From Octopus bimaculoides (taxonomy: Eukaryota), in assembly GCF_001194135.2 (NCBI RefSeq), contig NC_068995.1:3448120-3512119 (forward strand): 64,000 bases of DNA, in the 5' to 3' direction. The stretch's first letter is position 1, and each line of letters opens with the position of its first letter. A program made the translations under genes and the position numbers. Below the pieces are notes generated by a model. That model did no database searches. It was given only the letters and a program-made list of their open reading frames with translations, and was not told the DNA's origin. Shown here piece after piece: positions 52,106 through 64,000 of the stretch.

Positions 52106-52721
52106 CAAGCAACTGACAAACGAATCTCTCTGGTATTGAGCAGAATATTTGCTGTAGTCCATCGTTTAAACCAGTGCCTTTCAACCATTTTTTGTCTATG
52201 GACCCCTTTCGATCCCTATTCTATTCTGCTGGACACTCATAGCCATTCGCTGTATATAAAAGAAAACCGTACTGTATTTTCATCATCATCATCATCGTTT
52301 AACATCCGCTTTCCATGCTAGCATGGGTTGGACGATTTGACTGAGGACTGGTGAACCAGATGGCTGCACCAGGCTCTAGTCTGGTCTGGCAGAGTTTCTA
52401 CACCTAATATTTCATGTACTGTAGAAGCATAACTAATTTTAACAAGAAAACCTTATATGGACACCCCCCACCAAGGGACACAGGGACCCTGGTTGAGAAT
52501 CGATGCTTTAGACCAAAACAAAACATGTACATGATAACACTTCCAATCAGTTAAGAGCAGAAGCTGTGAGACCCATTGCCTGGTGCTTACTACATCAGGG
52601 CATTTATCATCATCATCATCATCGTCATCATCGTCATCATCATCATCATCATCATCATTATTGTGTGAGAGAGCAATGCATGCTATCAAAGTGACAATGG
52701 GATACAAATATACAAAACCCA

Positions 52722-52762
<41 letters not shown>

Positions 52763-53252
52763 GTTGTTGTTTACTAACAAGACCGTTTTGTCTCATTTTT
52801 ACATTATAATTTACTACAAAATTTGATGTATCACTGTCACCAATTATACAACCAACAATTACTAAAGTAATTAACAATGAAACGAGCTAAATATCAAAGC
52901 AGACTGTCATCTAAGTCAGTGTGACTCATTGATGCCGCTATACACTCACTCTACACACCCAGCCCCAACTCCACCGCTCTCTCTCTCTCTCTCTCAACAC
53001 AACACAACAAACAGTCCTGTCCGTCTCCTCCTCCTCCTCCCCTCTTAGTAATCTATTTAATAGTGGATCTATCTCTCTGTTCTCCACGAAATTACATTGT
53101 TTATTTATTAGCATTTGTCGAGAGGCCGGCTAACTGTATGTCGCAGAATGGACGGCTTGTTTAAGCCCGGCTGATACTTATTCATTAGCTCGATGCCAAA
53201 TTACAGCCTTCAATTGTTTTATTACCAGTTAACACACCTTCAAATAATAACA

Positions 53253-53290
<38 letters not shown>

Positions 53291-54504
53291 CCTTGCTATT
53301 GTTTAACTTTTGGTGTCGTTCAGAAGAGATGTCGCTTTGAACGTGATTCTTTTGCTTGTGAGTTTTTGTCGTTGGTCTAAAGTGGTGGCCTTGTCGTGTG
53401 GTCAAGAAGTTGGCTTTGCAACCATGTGGGTTTGAGTTCAGTCCCCACTCTGTTGTACCTTAGGCAGTTGTCTTCCATTATAGTCCTGGGCTAATCAATG
53501 CTCTGTGAGTGAATCCGAGAGATGGAAAAACTGTGTGGAAGCCTGCACTAGGTGCAGGTGTGGAAGTGTGGTTCAGAACTTTGTTTCCCCGACTACGTAG
53601 TTTCGGGTTCAATCTCACCCTGTGGCACCTGGGGCAGGTTTCTTCTTCTATCACCCCAGGTTGTGCCAGACTTCTGTGTCTCTTTTGGCAGGGTTTTTAC
53701 AGCTGGATGCCCTTCCTAATGCCAACCACCCAGCAGGGTGTACCAAATATATACCATAACAGAAATAGAGTATTGAAGTATTAATAGATTATTAAAAATG
53801 TTATAGTAGAATAGTAGTACCACTAGAGATATGATTAAAGATATAGAAGAGTAGGTACTATGAAAGATATCATTAATAAGATATATAGTACAGTAGGTTC
53901 TATAAACGCTATCAAAAAAGACATGGTATAGTAAGTACGATGAGAGGTTATCGTTAAAAGGATAGTATAGTCTCGATAGTTTTGAAAGATATTAAAAAAA
54001 TGATATTTTTTAGATAAGAAAATCTATTCTGTTTGTTTTGTTGTTTTAAGAATATTTTTGCATTACTTTATTATCAATATAAATGGAATATGTTTATTAA
54101 TAATATAGATTAAATGTGTTTTGTATCTTGATAATTTTTACAAATGTTTCATGAAGTGTGTGTGTTTTTTTTCATTTATTTATTAAAGAAATATTTGTCT
54201 TTGCATAATATTGGTTTGGTTCAGTTGTAAGACATTGATTTATATTTTTTTCACTTTTATTAATTCTCACCTTACCAAATGTTGTCTCACTAAAGTTGGA
54301 AGTTATTCTATGTAAAAGAATCTTAAATATGTTAAAATCAAGAATAAATATTTTTTCTACTCCATTATCTGAAAGTTGTTTGCATATAAAACATGGTATT
54401 TTGGATTATTTTCTAGGAACTGAATCTTGAATTAAGATCTTTTAGTCAACTCATTAACATAATTATGTTAATGTCATCATCATAATTAAACGGTTATCCT
54501 TTTT

Positions 54505-54860
54505 TAGTCATTAGACTGCAGCTGTTCTGAGGAACTGTTTTGAAAAATTTTTAGTGGAACAGGTCAACCCCAGTACATTTAAAAAAAATTATAAGCCTGG
54601 TATTTATTCCGTTAGTCTCTTTTGCTGAACCACCAAGTCACGGGGCTGTAAACACATCAGTACCAGTTGTCAAATAATGGTGGGGGACAAACACACACAC
54701 ACAAAGAGAGAGAGGTTTTTTTTAGTTTCCATTTACCCAATCCATTCACAAAGCTTTGGTCGGCCCGAGACTATAAAAGAAGACACTTGCCCAAAGTGTC
54801 ACACAGTGGGACTGAACCTAGAACCATGCGGTTGGGGAGCAAGCTTCTTACTACAGATCC
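54505..54860 (-). mobile_element. SINE family A
   Basis: Near full length. Confidence 0.8.
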
Positions 54861-54967
54861 ACACACACACACACACACCACACACACATACACACACACA
54901 CACATGTATATTTGGACTCATTTGACATCTCATTAATTTTCTTTTGGAAGAAACTCTTCCCCAGTTG

Positions 54968-55012
<45 letters not shown>

Positions 55013-56356
55013 ATTGCAGACATATTCTCTTTATTTAAAGTTCAAAGAGTATTTCATCACACCTGCACTTGTTGCCGATCAATAAAAGACGGAATCAGGC
55101 TTCAATCAACAAAAATCTATCATAGGAATAAGACTGAAAGTTATCTATAGACAACAACTACATCAAAAGTAAACTAAAACAACCCTGGTGACCTAACCTC
55201 CCTTATCCACCCCCATCTTCAAATTAATTCCTATTTCGGTTTCACTTGTTTTTATTTATTTCTCATTTTTTTATTTTAATATTTCTGTCTGTTTTTTGAA
55301 AACTAGAAGAGAACAGAATGGTAATTATCGATCTCAGTTTGTTTATCTCATCTTTTGGGGTTCAATATCATTACATCTCTCAGAATATTCTTCAACTACC
55401 ATTCTTTCTAGAATGTTCCTTCACTTTTCTGACTGGTTTCAGCTATTGGATTGCTGTCGAACTGGAACATCACCCTCTGGGGTTTTCAAGGATCATTTGG
55501 GCCCCAGTATGCGAATGTGTGTGCATGTGTAGAAATAATATACAGGTGTGTGTGTGTGTGTGTGTATGTGTAGAAATATATAGATATGTGTGTGTAGGGT
55601 CTACAGGTGTGTGTGTGTGTGTGCAGAAATATATAGATGTCTGTGTGTGTAGGGTCTACTGGTGTGTGTGTGTGTCTCCCACCAGTACTTGACAGTTGGT
55701 GTTGATTTGTTTACTTCTCTGTAACCTAGCAGTTTGACAAAAGGTGACCTCAGAATTAGTACTAGGTTTAGAAAAAACAGAAAGGAAACAAGTGCTGGGG
55801 CTGATTTGTTTGAGTAAACCTTCCAAGGCAATGCTCCAGCATGGCCACAGTTCAATTACTGAAAAAAAAAGTGCAAAATAAAAGATGTTAAAAGTTTCTG
55901 TTTGTGCATTTGGTGTCAGTATGTTTGCTGTGATTCTTTGAAAGCATGTCTGGACAAGGTGTAAGGATATTGGACCCCCAAAGCTGAGATCAATAATTAT
56001 CATTATGCTCTCCTCTAGTCTTCAAAAAACAAGGGGGAATCAGGTGCAGTCGCAGGAATTTTACAAAGAGAGGGCACAAGGTCAGAAGGGAATACAATTC
56101 CAGGAGGAAAGGGTATTAATAGCATTATTTAGAAGGGCATATTTCTTTTCTTGAGGAGGGCATGTGCCCCTCAGCATCTCCCCTTTCTCCCTGGGTCTGC
56201 CACTGGTAATATTACTTTGCTTGGAAACAGGTGAGGCCTGGTGACAGGAAAGGTATCCAGCCATAGAAAATTCTGCTTCAATGACATCTTGTATGATGTA
56301 TGTAAGCAAAGTGATGACGATGTTTCTGTTAAGTTTTACGTTTTGTTAAATTTTAG

Positions 56357-56531
56357 GTTCACATAAAAGATTTGCTGGCTCAAACATGTCACATTGATGC
56401 CGATGAGAATGCCGAAATTATTGTCTATGACCAATGCACTGAGGAACCAGCCTATTTGACGGGGGACAATTTCTTGGTTGTATTACTGCAAAAACTTTCT
56501 TCTGCCTACAAAAGTGTCACACTTCTAAAAG
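56357..56531 (+). CDS. DUSP8/DUSP16: DUSP8/16-like, coding exon 3 (VHIKDLLAQTCHIDADENAEIIVYDQCTEEPAYLTGDNFLVVLLQKLSSAYKSVTLLK + G)
   Basis: Acceptor TTTTAG and donor AAG|GTAAGT; 175 nt, phase 0-1. Contains the IIVYDQ and FLxVLLxKL...SVxLLxG motifs of the MKP rhodanese domain. Catalytic-domain exons were not found before 64000. Confidence 0.95.
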
Positions 56532-57689
56532 GTAAGTGCAATCCTAAATTTGTCTCTTTCTCTCTCTCTCTCTTTTTTAATATTTCCTACTTACAGGCTT
56601 ATTAATAATAATAATAATAATAATTATATTGTAATCCATTTATAAAAATGCTTTAAATAAATCTTTTATCCTTTAAATGGTATCTCGAAAATAATTTGCC
56701 TAATTAGATTACATATTACCTAATGATTTTTATTATTATTTATGAATAATAATAATAATGATAATAATAATAATGATAATGAGGATGATGTTAATGATAA
56801 AAATAATAATGCTTTCGCTATTAACCACAGGGGTTAACGAAAAGATTGGGGACTGTACAGAATAATACAGAGTGAGATTATGTAAAATGATGTGAGTAAA
56901 AATAAAGGGAGATGACAAAACTAAAACAAAAAAGTTTGGAGCAGGAAGACCTTCAAGGGATAATAATAATAATAATGATAATAATTCTTTCTACTGGAGG
57001 CAAAAGGTGTGAAATTTTAGGGAAAGGGGCTAGTTGATTACATTGGCCCCAGTGCTCATCTGGTACTTATTCCATTGGCTTCAAAAGGATGAAACTTCAG
57101 CAGCATTTCAACTTGGAATGTGAAGACAAATGAAATGCTGCTAATAATAATAATAATAATAATGATAATAATAATAATGATAATGATAATGATGATGATG
57201 ATAATGATGATGATGATAATGATAATAGAGCTGGCCAAGTACTATGCATAGCTATAATATTGAGATTGAAAGGCAGGGGCAAATTATGCCTCCCTAATCT
57301 ACAAAAGTAAAATATTTTGCATTTTATGCATAGTAATTAGATTAACCTTCATAATTTTATTGAATTAGGTCCATATTTTGCCATAAAAAGAAAATGTTGC
57401 TATCGATCTATTTTATTCAAAGTAGGCACTGCCTACCTTGCCTACCCAGGTGGCATGTCCCTGGCAGATAGTTAAGAAATTCACTTGACAACAATCGGGT
57501 TTAAGGTTCGGTGTGAGTGTGTGCCATCTGAGAGCCCAGTGTCTTTTAGCGAAGCCATGAGTCAGCCCGAGGCTGAGTCAGCATGGCTTGGTGGGAACTG
57601 TGTAGGATGGGTTGTACCTGTAATTCAGTAGGTAATGCCTTGTCACACACCACAACACTGAGTCAAGATGAGTCATGCTAATTCTTCCT

Positions 57690-57992
57690 GAGAACTTCTC
57701 AGCCACATTGTTCTGGGTTCACCCTCATTGAATGGCACCTGAGGCAAGTCTCCTACTCTTGCCCCAGGCTGACCAAGCCCTTGGGAGTGGATCTTGTAGA
57801 CAGAAAGAAGCCTGTCATATATATATGTATATATATATGTGTATATTATACACACAAATCACACACACACATGTATGTATATATATCTGTGTGTCTTTGT
57901 GTTTGTCCCCACCACTACATGACAAGTGATGGTTTGTTTATGTTCCCTTAACTTAGCAGTTTGGCAAGGAGAGACCGATACAATAAGTACCA
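57690..57992 (+). mobile_element. SINE family A
   Basis: Consensus match with internal (TA)/(CA) microsatellite. Confidence 0.75.
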
Positions 57993-59611
57993 GACATATC
58001 TTAACCAACCTACAATTCATTTATTGTATAGAGTTGTTTTTTTAGCCCTAGGTTAGTCCTGATGGCTGCAGATTAATGATTAACAGTTTTCCATCCATGG
58101 CCATCCTGTATTTGATTAAGAAATACTGTATCTACAACTACATTACCTGTTCTGTCCTACCTTGCTTCCTTTTTTTATTATTATTATTATTTCCTAAGGC
58201 TATAGGGTATATGATTTAATAGCTATTTGGCTGTAATTATTAGTAGATCTGGTGACCAGGTGAAGGAGACACTCTGTTTAGCTCTCGGTCAGTTAAAGTG
58301 ATTAAGAACACATGATTTGAAAATGTTAAATCATAATTGCTCGTTTTTCAACATCTAAATGTTTTGTTCTGAACTGCTGGAAAGTTTGTTGCAGAGATGT
58401 CTTTAAAGGTTAAGAATTTTTTACTATTGAGAAAAAAAAAAGGAAAAACTCAAGGAAAGAAAAGATATTTCTCAAATGGATTTTGGATTATTTTTTTTTA
58501 TTTGTGAAGCATAAGTTAACTAGAAATCTTAATTTTTATTTCTCTTTCTATTTTGACATTCTTCCCTAATTTAGCTTGATTGATTTTAATTAATTTTCTT
58601 AATAATTTTTACTTTGAAAATGAAAATTAGTTTCTTTGCATTGTTAACCCCAGTATATAACCGGTAATTTAACAAGATTACTGACCTGAGCATAAAATAA
58701 AGGCTACGATGACTCAGACAGCATATGACCTTGACATTTATTAATGCCGCCATCTTACAGAAATTCTTCTCAAATCCTCATTAAATGGTTCCTGCCAAAG
58801 TAGTTTTTGTCTGTTTTTAGCGGAGAAGGACAAACATTGAGGATTCAATCAACTTTAAATATCGCTCGGAAAGTGATATTGATTTTTTCCTCCTACTTTG
58901 ATTTTCTTCCAATCAGTTCACCATTATTTATTGGTTCTTTCATGTATTCCTCGTCTTTTATGCCTTCTCGTGCTATACTTTGTTTCTGATGCTATTTATT
59001 TACATAATTTTTCAAGATTTCTTTTTTCCCTTATTATTTCAAGTAATGCACGTGGAAAAAATAATTTGTCTTCTTTCTTTACTGAGCAGAACGAAATCAT
59101 GTAAATCTTTTAGTTTTTCTTCCTTCCTTTCTTCCCAAGGCTACTGTACAGTTACTAACCTCATAGAACAAGTCTTAATTATTCTCATTCTAATCACCAT
59201 AAATTGTTGTACATCACTTAACGACGGCAGACTTATTCTGTTGTCTGGTTCGGCACCATCACCTGCTGCTAAACCAGGTACCTTTAGCATTTTGTTGCAA
59301 ATAGGCCTGAGCAGAGGGCAGTCTGGTTGATTTGGGTCTACCACTCCATTCCAACAGGGTCATCTGCCCAAGTTAGTGGCACAGGGACGACCCTTTAGTA
59401 AAGAATTCTCAGTTTTATAAACCATTCCTATTCTTATATTCTGTTCTGTTACTTAGAAAACTTTATATACATCACATGTATGTATGTATGCATTCCAGTA
59501 ACCTGTACACGAATCATGTGTATTTAAATTTAACACTGATTATTAAAATATAGAATGAATATTTAGAAATGGGGCCTAAATTTTTATATATATATATATA
59601 TGTATATATAT

Positions 59612-59853
59612 CATCATCATCATCATCATCATCGTTTAACGTCCGCTTTCCATGCTAGCATGGGTTGGACGATTTGACTGAGGACTGGTGAAACCGGATG
59701 GCAACACCAGGCTCCAGTCTGATTTGGCAGAGTTTCTACAGCTGGATGCCCTTCCTAACGCCAACCACTCAGAGAGTGTAGTGGGTGCTTTTACGTGTCA
59801 CCCGCACGAAAACGGCCACGCTCGAAATGGTGTCTTTTATGTGCCACCCGCAC
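59612..59853 (-). mobile_element. SINE family C (young-looking; near-identical to ~52282-52400)
   Basis: CATCATCGTTTAACGTCCGCTTTCCATGCTAGCATGGGTTGGACGATTTGACTGAGGACTGG is shared almost exactly with ~52282-52400. Other family C copies at ~6610-6870 (+), 14150-14400, 27115-27300, 34790-34940, 35955-36160 and 41860-42010 (+). Confidence 0.85.
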
Positions 59854-60212
59854 NNNNNNNNNNNNNNNNNNNNNNNNNNNNNNNNNNNNNNNNNNNNNNN
59901 NNNNNNNNNNNNNNNNNNNNNNNNNNNNNNNNNNNNNNNNNNNNNNNNNNNNNNNNNNNNNNNNNNNNNNNNNNNNNNNNNNNNNNNNNNNNNNNNNNNN
60001 NNNNNNNNNNNNNNNNNNNNNNNNNNNNNNNNNNNNNNNNNNNNNNNNNNNNNNNNNNNNNNNNNNNNNNNNNNNNNNNNNNNNNNNNNNNNNNNNNNTT
60101 TTACCTGATCTTTTAAGCTGTTTTCACAGCCATTTTCCTGCGTTGGAGATCTGTAATTTCTAAAATAAAACTACCAACTTACCCGACACTTTGATGTTTG
60201 CTTATAAAAGTA

Positions 60213-60246
<34 letters not shown>

Positions 60247-60808
60247 GTACATATTGATAGATGAAGGTGCATGACCTAGCAGTTAGGGTGTTGAGCTCAT
60301 GATCATAAAGTCATAGGTTCGATTCCTGTTTTGGGCAGTGTACTGTATCTTTGGGCAGGGCACATCATTTCATGTTACAACTCAGACCATTCATAAGTCA
60401 AACACTGATGACTGTTTTTCATGCATTGGTTGTATTGGGTAATTGAGTAATGACTAATGATTGACTGTATTGGGTAGTTGAGTAGCAACTACTGATTGGT
60501 TGTACTTGATTGTTGAGTAAAGACTAGTAATCATTCATATTTGGGAGTTTAGGTAGTGACTAGTGATCATTGTAGCTTCTTCTGATTGACCATCTGAAGG
60601 TTGACCAGTGGCATTGTGTCCGTGTACCGAGAGGCTGAGTACAATGTACTTTGACTGCACCTTTTCTGCCTATGTGTATCTCGGCATATTTACTGTGCTG
60701 AAAATGTGTCTTCAGTTCGGTCTTTTTTTTTTTTTCATGATGTTGGTCTGTTCAAAAAGAGCTAATTAGTGCTATTAAACAACATCAATCAACATTAGCA
60801 ACACTAGC

Positions 60809-60840
<32 letters not shown>

Positions 60841-62064
60841 TTAATCCCGATTCAAGGTCTTTTATCAATAAAGATTTCGGTAACCATTTCTTTTTATGGG
60901 ATTATTTCCTTCCAACAGGAAGCAATCGTCTGGAGAAACCAAAAGAAAACATGAATCCGTTTCTTTTCATTTTGTGTTCGTTGTTTTGTTAACGATATTT
61001 TGTTCTTTTAATTAAAGCTAAATAAATACTGCTATAAGTTTATAAAATTACTTGAAATAATGAATTCTTTGTATGCTAAAAAAAAAAAAAACGATGCAAA
61101 AAAATAAAATAAAATAAAATTGAGCAAGGATTATATCCGTGGATGGCTTTATTAATCTCTCTAGATTAGCGAAGTCTTTACGTCAGCAAAACTGATTATT
61201 ATTTGCTTGAAAAAACTTGCTTCTGGCATTAAATAGAAATTGAGAAACGATGGCGCCTTTATTGTAGTTGAGGAACTGGTTAAGCTAACAGATAGGTGAA
61301 GTAAGGGCCAAAAATGGAAGGGCTCTTGATTTTAAGGTCTGTAGCACACTTTAAATCCTTCCTCGTCGTCGTCATTGTTATGATATATCCTTGGGCAAGG
61401 CATTGGTATAGAGAGAGCCTCTGGTTTGGTTAAGCTGATGTCAAAGGTTCAACTCCATGACTCATTCAAGAAAAAGACGATAAAGAAAACAACAAAAAGT
61501 GAATAAACAAAACCAAAATTACTGTTGCTAATTATAACTGGAGACATATTGTTTGGGGTTTGTATCAGATATTGTCTTCTGTGAGAACATTATCTCTCTT
61601 GTTTGTGCCACCACCACCACCACCACCACCAGCATAATCATCATCATAACTATATAGACCACCAATGCCCAGTTTATTTATGAATTATAATTACTTCAAT
61701 TATCAGGTTGTTAATGAAAACTTATAAATCAATGTATTTCTCTGTCTTTTTTTTTTTTATTCCATTCCTCTTGTAATCTTTCCTTCTTCCTTTTTCTCTA
61801 CTTACCGATGACTCAACCACTTTTCCTGATCATTGAAAGAGATATATCTAATGCTCGCTGTTCAAATGAAATCTTTTATCTGCTCTGTGTATCATATTTA
61901 CAGTTTTCCTACTTACAACTACCACACGTAGTGTCTTAAACAATTTCCTCTGAATATCTAGTTTCTGGTGGTGTCTTGTAAGTGTCCTAACTCACTGGAC
62001 ATGTACTTTGGACTTCTAATTACTGGCGTCTTTAAATGACCTAACTGACTGGACATCTAGCCAC

Positions 62065-62458
62065 AGGTGTGGCTGTGTGGTAAAAAGTTTGCCTCCCAAC
62101 CACATGGTTCCTGGTTCAGTCCCACTATGTGGCACCTTGGGCACATGTCTTCTACTATAGCCTTAGGCTGACCAAATCTTTGAGTGGATTTGGTGGATGG
62201 AAACTGTAAGAAGCCCATCATTTATGAGTGTGTGTGTGTGTGTGTATGCATGCGTGTGTTTGTCCTCCACCACTTCTTGATAGCTGGTGTTGATATTTAT
62301 GTCCTTGTGACTTAGCAGTTCGACAAAAAAGTGATTGATAGAATAAGTACCGGGCTTAACAAAAAATACCAGAGTCAATTCATTCGACTAAAAATTTTTC
62401 AAGGCAGTGCTCCAGCATGGTCGTAGTCTAATGACTGAAACAAGTAAAAAATAAAAGA
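62065..62458 (+). mobile_element. SINE family A, full length
   Basis: Head to GAAACAAGTAAAAAATAAAAG tail; inserted in a degenerate ~50-bp tandem repeat. Confidence 0.9.
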
Positions 62459-62547
62459 TGTCTAGTTTTAGGTGTCTTTCAAATGTCCTAACGAACTCGA
62501 TGCCTAGTTTCTTGTGTCTTTAAGAATTTAGTTGAAATTATTGCCTG

Positions 62548-62755
62548 TAGAGTAATCCCTCGACTATCGCAGGTGTTACATTCCAAAACCTCCTGCAGAA
62601 ATAATTAAAATCTAAAAAATATAAATACCTCTCGGCCACAGAAACCTGCATTATACTGAGAAGTCGCGATATAAATTGACATATATTAGCCAGAAGAATC
62701 TGCAATGTACTGAATGCACGATAGGTGAACCGTGACCTGGTGAGGGAATACCGTA
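62548..62755. mobile_element. Tigger/pogo-like MITE
   Basis: TIRs TAGAGTAATCCCTC versus GAGGGAATACCGTA, TA-flanked. Confidence 0.65.
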
Positions 62756-63760
62756 TAGTTGGGTTTTTTTTGTATTACAATTTATAAATTTATAAAGATT
62801 TATCATTAGTTGTTTCTAAATAAAATGATTTGTCCTTATTTAACAGGTATTGACAAATCTAGCCCCCCCCCACTCTCTCTCTCTCTCTCTCTCAAAATTA
62901 CAATATTTTCCCTTCTATACAAAATGGTTTGCTGTCTTGTGTCAATGTTCTTCTAAATCCTGTCCAAAATATTTCCTACCTGCTGGACAATGCACCAGCT
63001 ACCTGTACATTATAACCTTTGTTATTTTTGCTATGTATAGATTTTTATAATCTTTGTTTATATCTGAACTTTGTGTACACAACCTAATTGCACCAGTTAA
63101 GACACTTCTTCTAATACTTGCCCCTTAATCTTTAGCATTGCCTGGATACAGTTTCTCAGAATTGTATCAACAAAGTTGTTAACAATGTTAATTGCTACAA
63201 ACCTATCAGCTTTGATGTGTATCTCTATACCAGCAAAGTGACTTCTGATAGCAGTGATTGTCATCCTCGATTCTTGGATGTGTTTCTAAAGACATACCTC
63301 TGTATAGGCAGGTGTTGCCTATATATACAAGTGTTATCTCTCTATAGGCAGGTATTATCCATGTATAGACAGGTGTTGCCCTAGTACTCAAGTTTGATTT
63401 AATCAGGAGCAGTTAGAGCAATGATCTGCAAATTTCCATACTGAACCCTGAATGAAGGCCCCCAACTCTCATGTTGTGATAAGAATTTCCATTCATTAAA
63501 ACCTTTAAACTAATATGGACCATCATTTCTAAGAAATCTAATAAACCTTTTTGGCATTTTACGTTCGGTACTTAACATTCCACTGTTTTATTATCATTAT
63601 AAAACTTTGTGATATTTGATATCATTTATTTTATTTTATTTTATGATTAAAAGTCTCCTGGGTTGGTGGCAGTTGGAGGTGGCGGCGGTGGTGGTGGTTT
63701 CTAATGCAGGTTAAAGCAAATCATTTGTGCAGATTGTTTGGCAAAAAGAGACAGTCCATC

Positions 63761-63826
<66 letters not shown>

Positions 63827-63829
63827 TTA

Positions 63830-63988
63830 TGTGGCAAGCTGGCAGAATCGTTAGAATGCCGGGCAAAAAGCTTAGTGGCATGTTGTCCACCTTTACGTTC
63901 TGAGTTCAAATTCCGCTGAGGTCGATGTAATTGACTAGTCCCCTCCCCTTAAATTTCAGGCCTTGTGTCTATAGTAGAAAGGATTATT
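63830..63988 (+). mobile_element. SINE family B with internal deletion
   Basis: Directly after (ATT)n; the central CTTTCATCC segment is missing. Confidence 0.8.
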
Positions 63989-64000
63989 ATTATTATTGTT

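Larger units (their letters stand above)
174..60098. other. Assembly gaps (N): 174-354, 1740-2351, 9800-9939, 11258-11841, 13110-13245, 19899-19908, 22311-22555, 32383-32392, 32840-32849, 35613-35622, 37286-37401, 59854-60098
   Basis: Runs of N, many adjacent to (TA)n or inside SINEs. Confidence 0.98.

Noticed and set aside
56532-64000. Search for the next DUSP exon (expected to start G|GF...) and the catalytic HCxxGxxR motif
   Set aside because: No acceptor followed by a matching frame was found (62847 CAG|GTATTGAC does not fit); presumed beyond the window or in the 59854-60098 gap.

Overview
AT-rich eukaryotic genomic DNA from a gapped short-read scaffold (12 N-runs). The SINE families look like those I recall from octopus/coleoid cephalopod genomes; this is recognition from memory, not a database match. 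Two spliced protein-coding genes lie head-to-head. (1) Minus strand: a SWSAP1-like (Shu complex, RAD51-paralogue-like) gene with coding exons 7320-7187 and 3204-3049, joined in phase 2. The downstream exons were not found and lie outside the window or in a gap. (2) Plus strand: a DUSP8/DUSP16-like MAP-kinase phosphatase with coding exons 50363-50509, 50985-51095 and 56357-56531, encoding an N-terminal extension plus the rhodanese/KIM domain. The catalytic exons were not found and presumably lie beyond the window end. Between the genes is a CpG-rich promoter-like region (~16.1-16.4 kb) with two full palindromic CREs, a GTCACGTGAC E-box and two CCAAT boxes, followed by probable non-coding DUSP leader exon(s) at ~16.8-17.8 kb and a ~32 kb leader intron. 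The rest is intronic: dozens of SINEs in at least three families, RTE-like LINE 3' fragments, mariner-, Tigger- and piggyBac-like MITEs, minisatellites and microsatellites. Almost all ORFs in the supplied track are artefacts of repeats or N-gaps. There is no prokaryotic-type system (CRISPR, operon, rRNA, intact tRNA). I found no clearly novel multi-gene system. The best leads are regulatory: a possibly shared CRE promoter, a uORF overlapping the DUSP start codon (ATGA), an apparent excess of AP-1 sites, a compact 24-bp-stem hairpin, inverted SINE pairs, and SINE insertion into (AAT)n repeats. Repeat boundaries were read by eye and are approximate.
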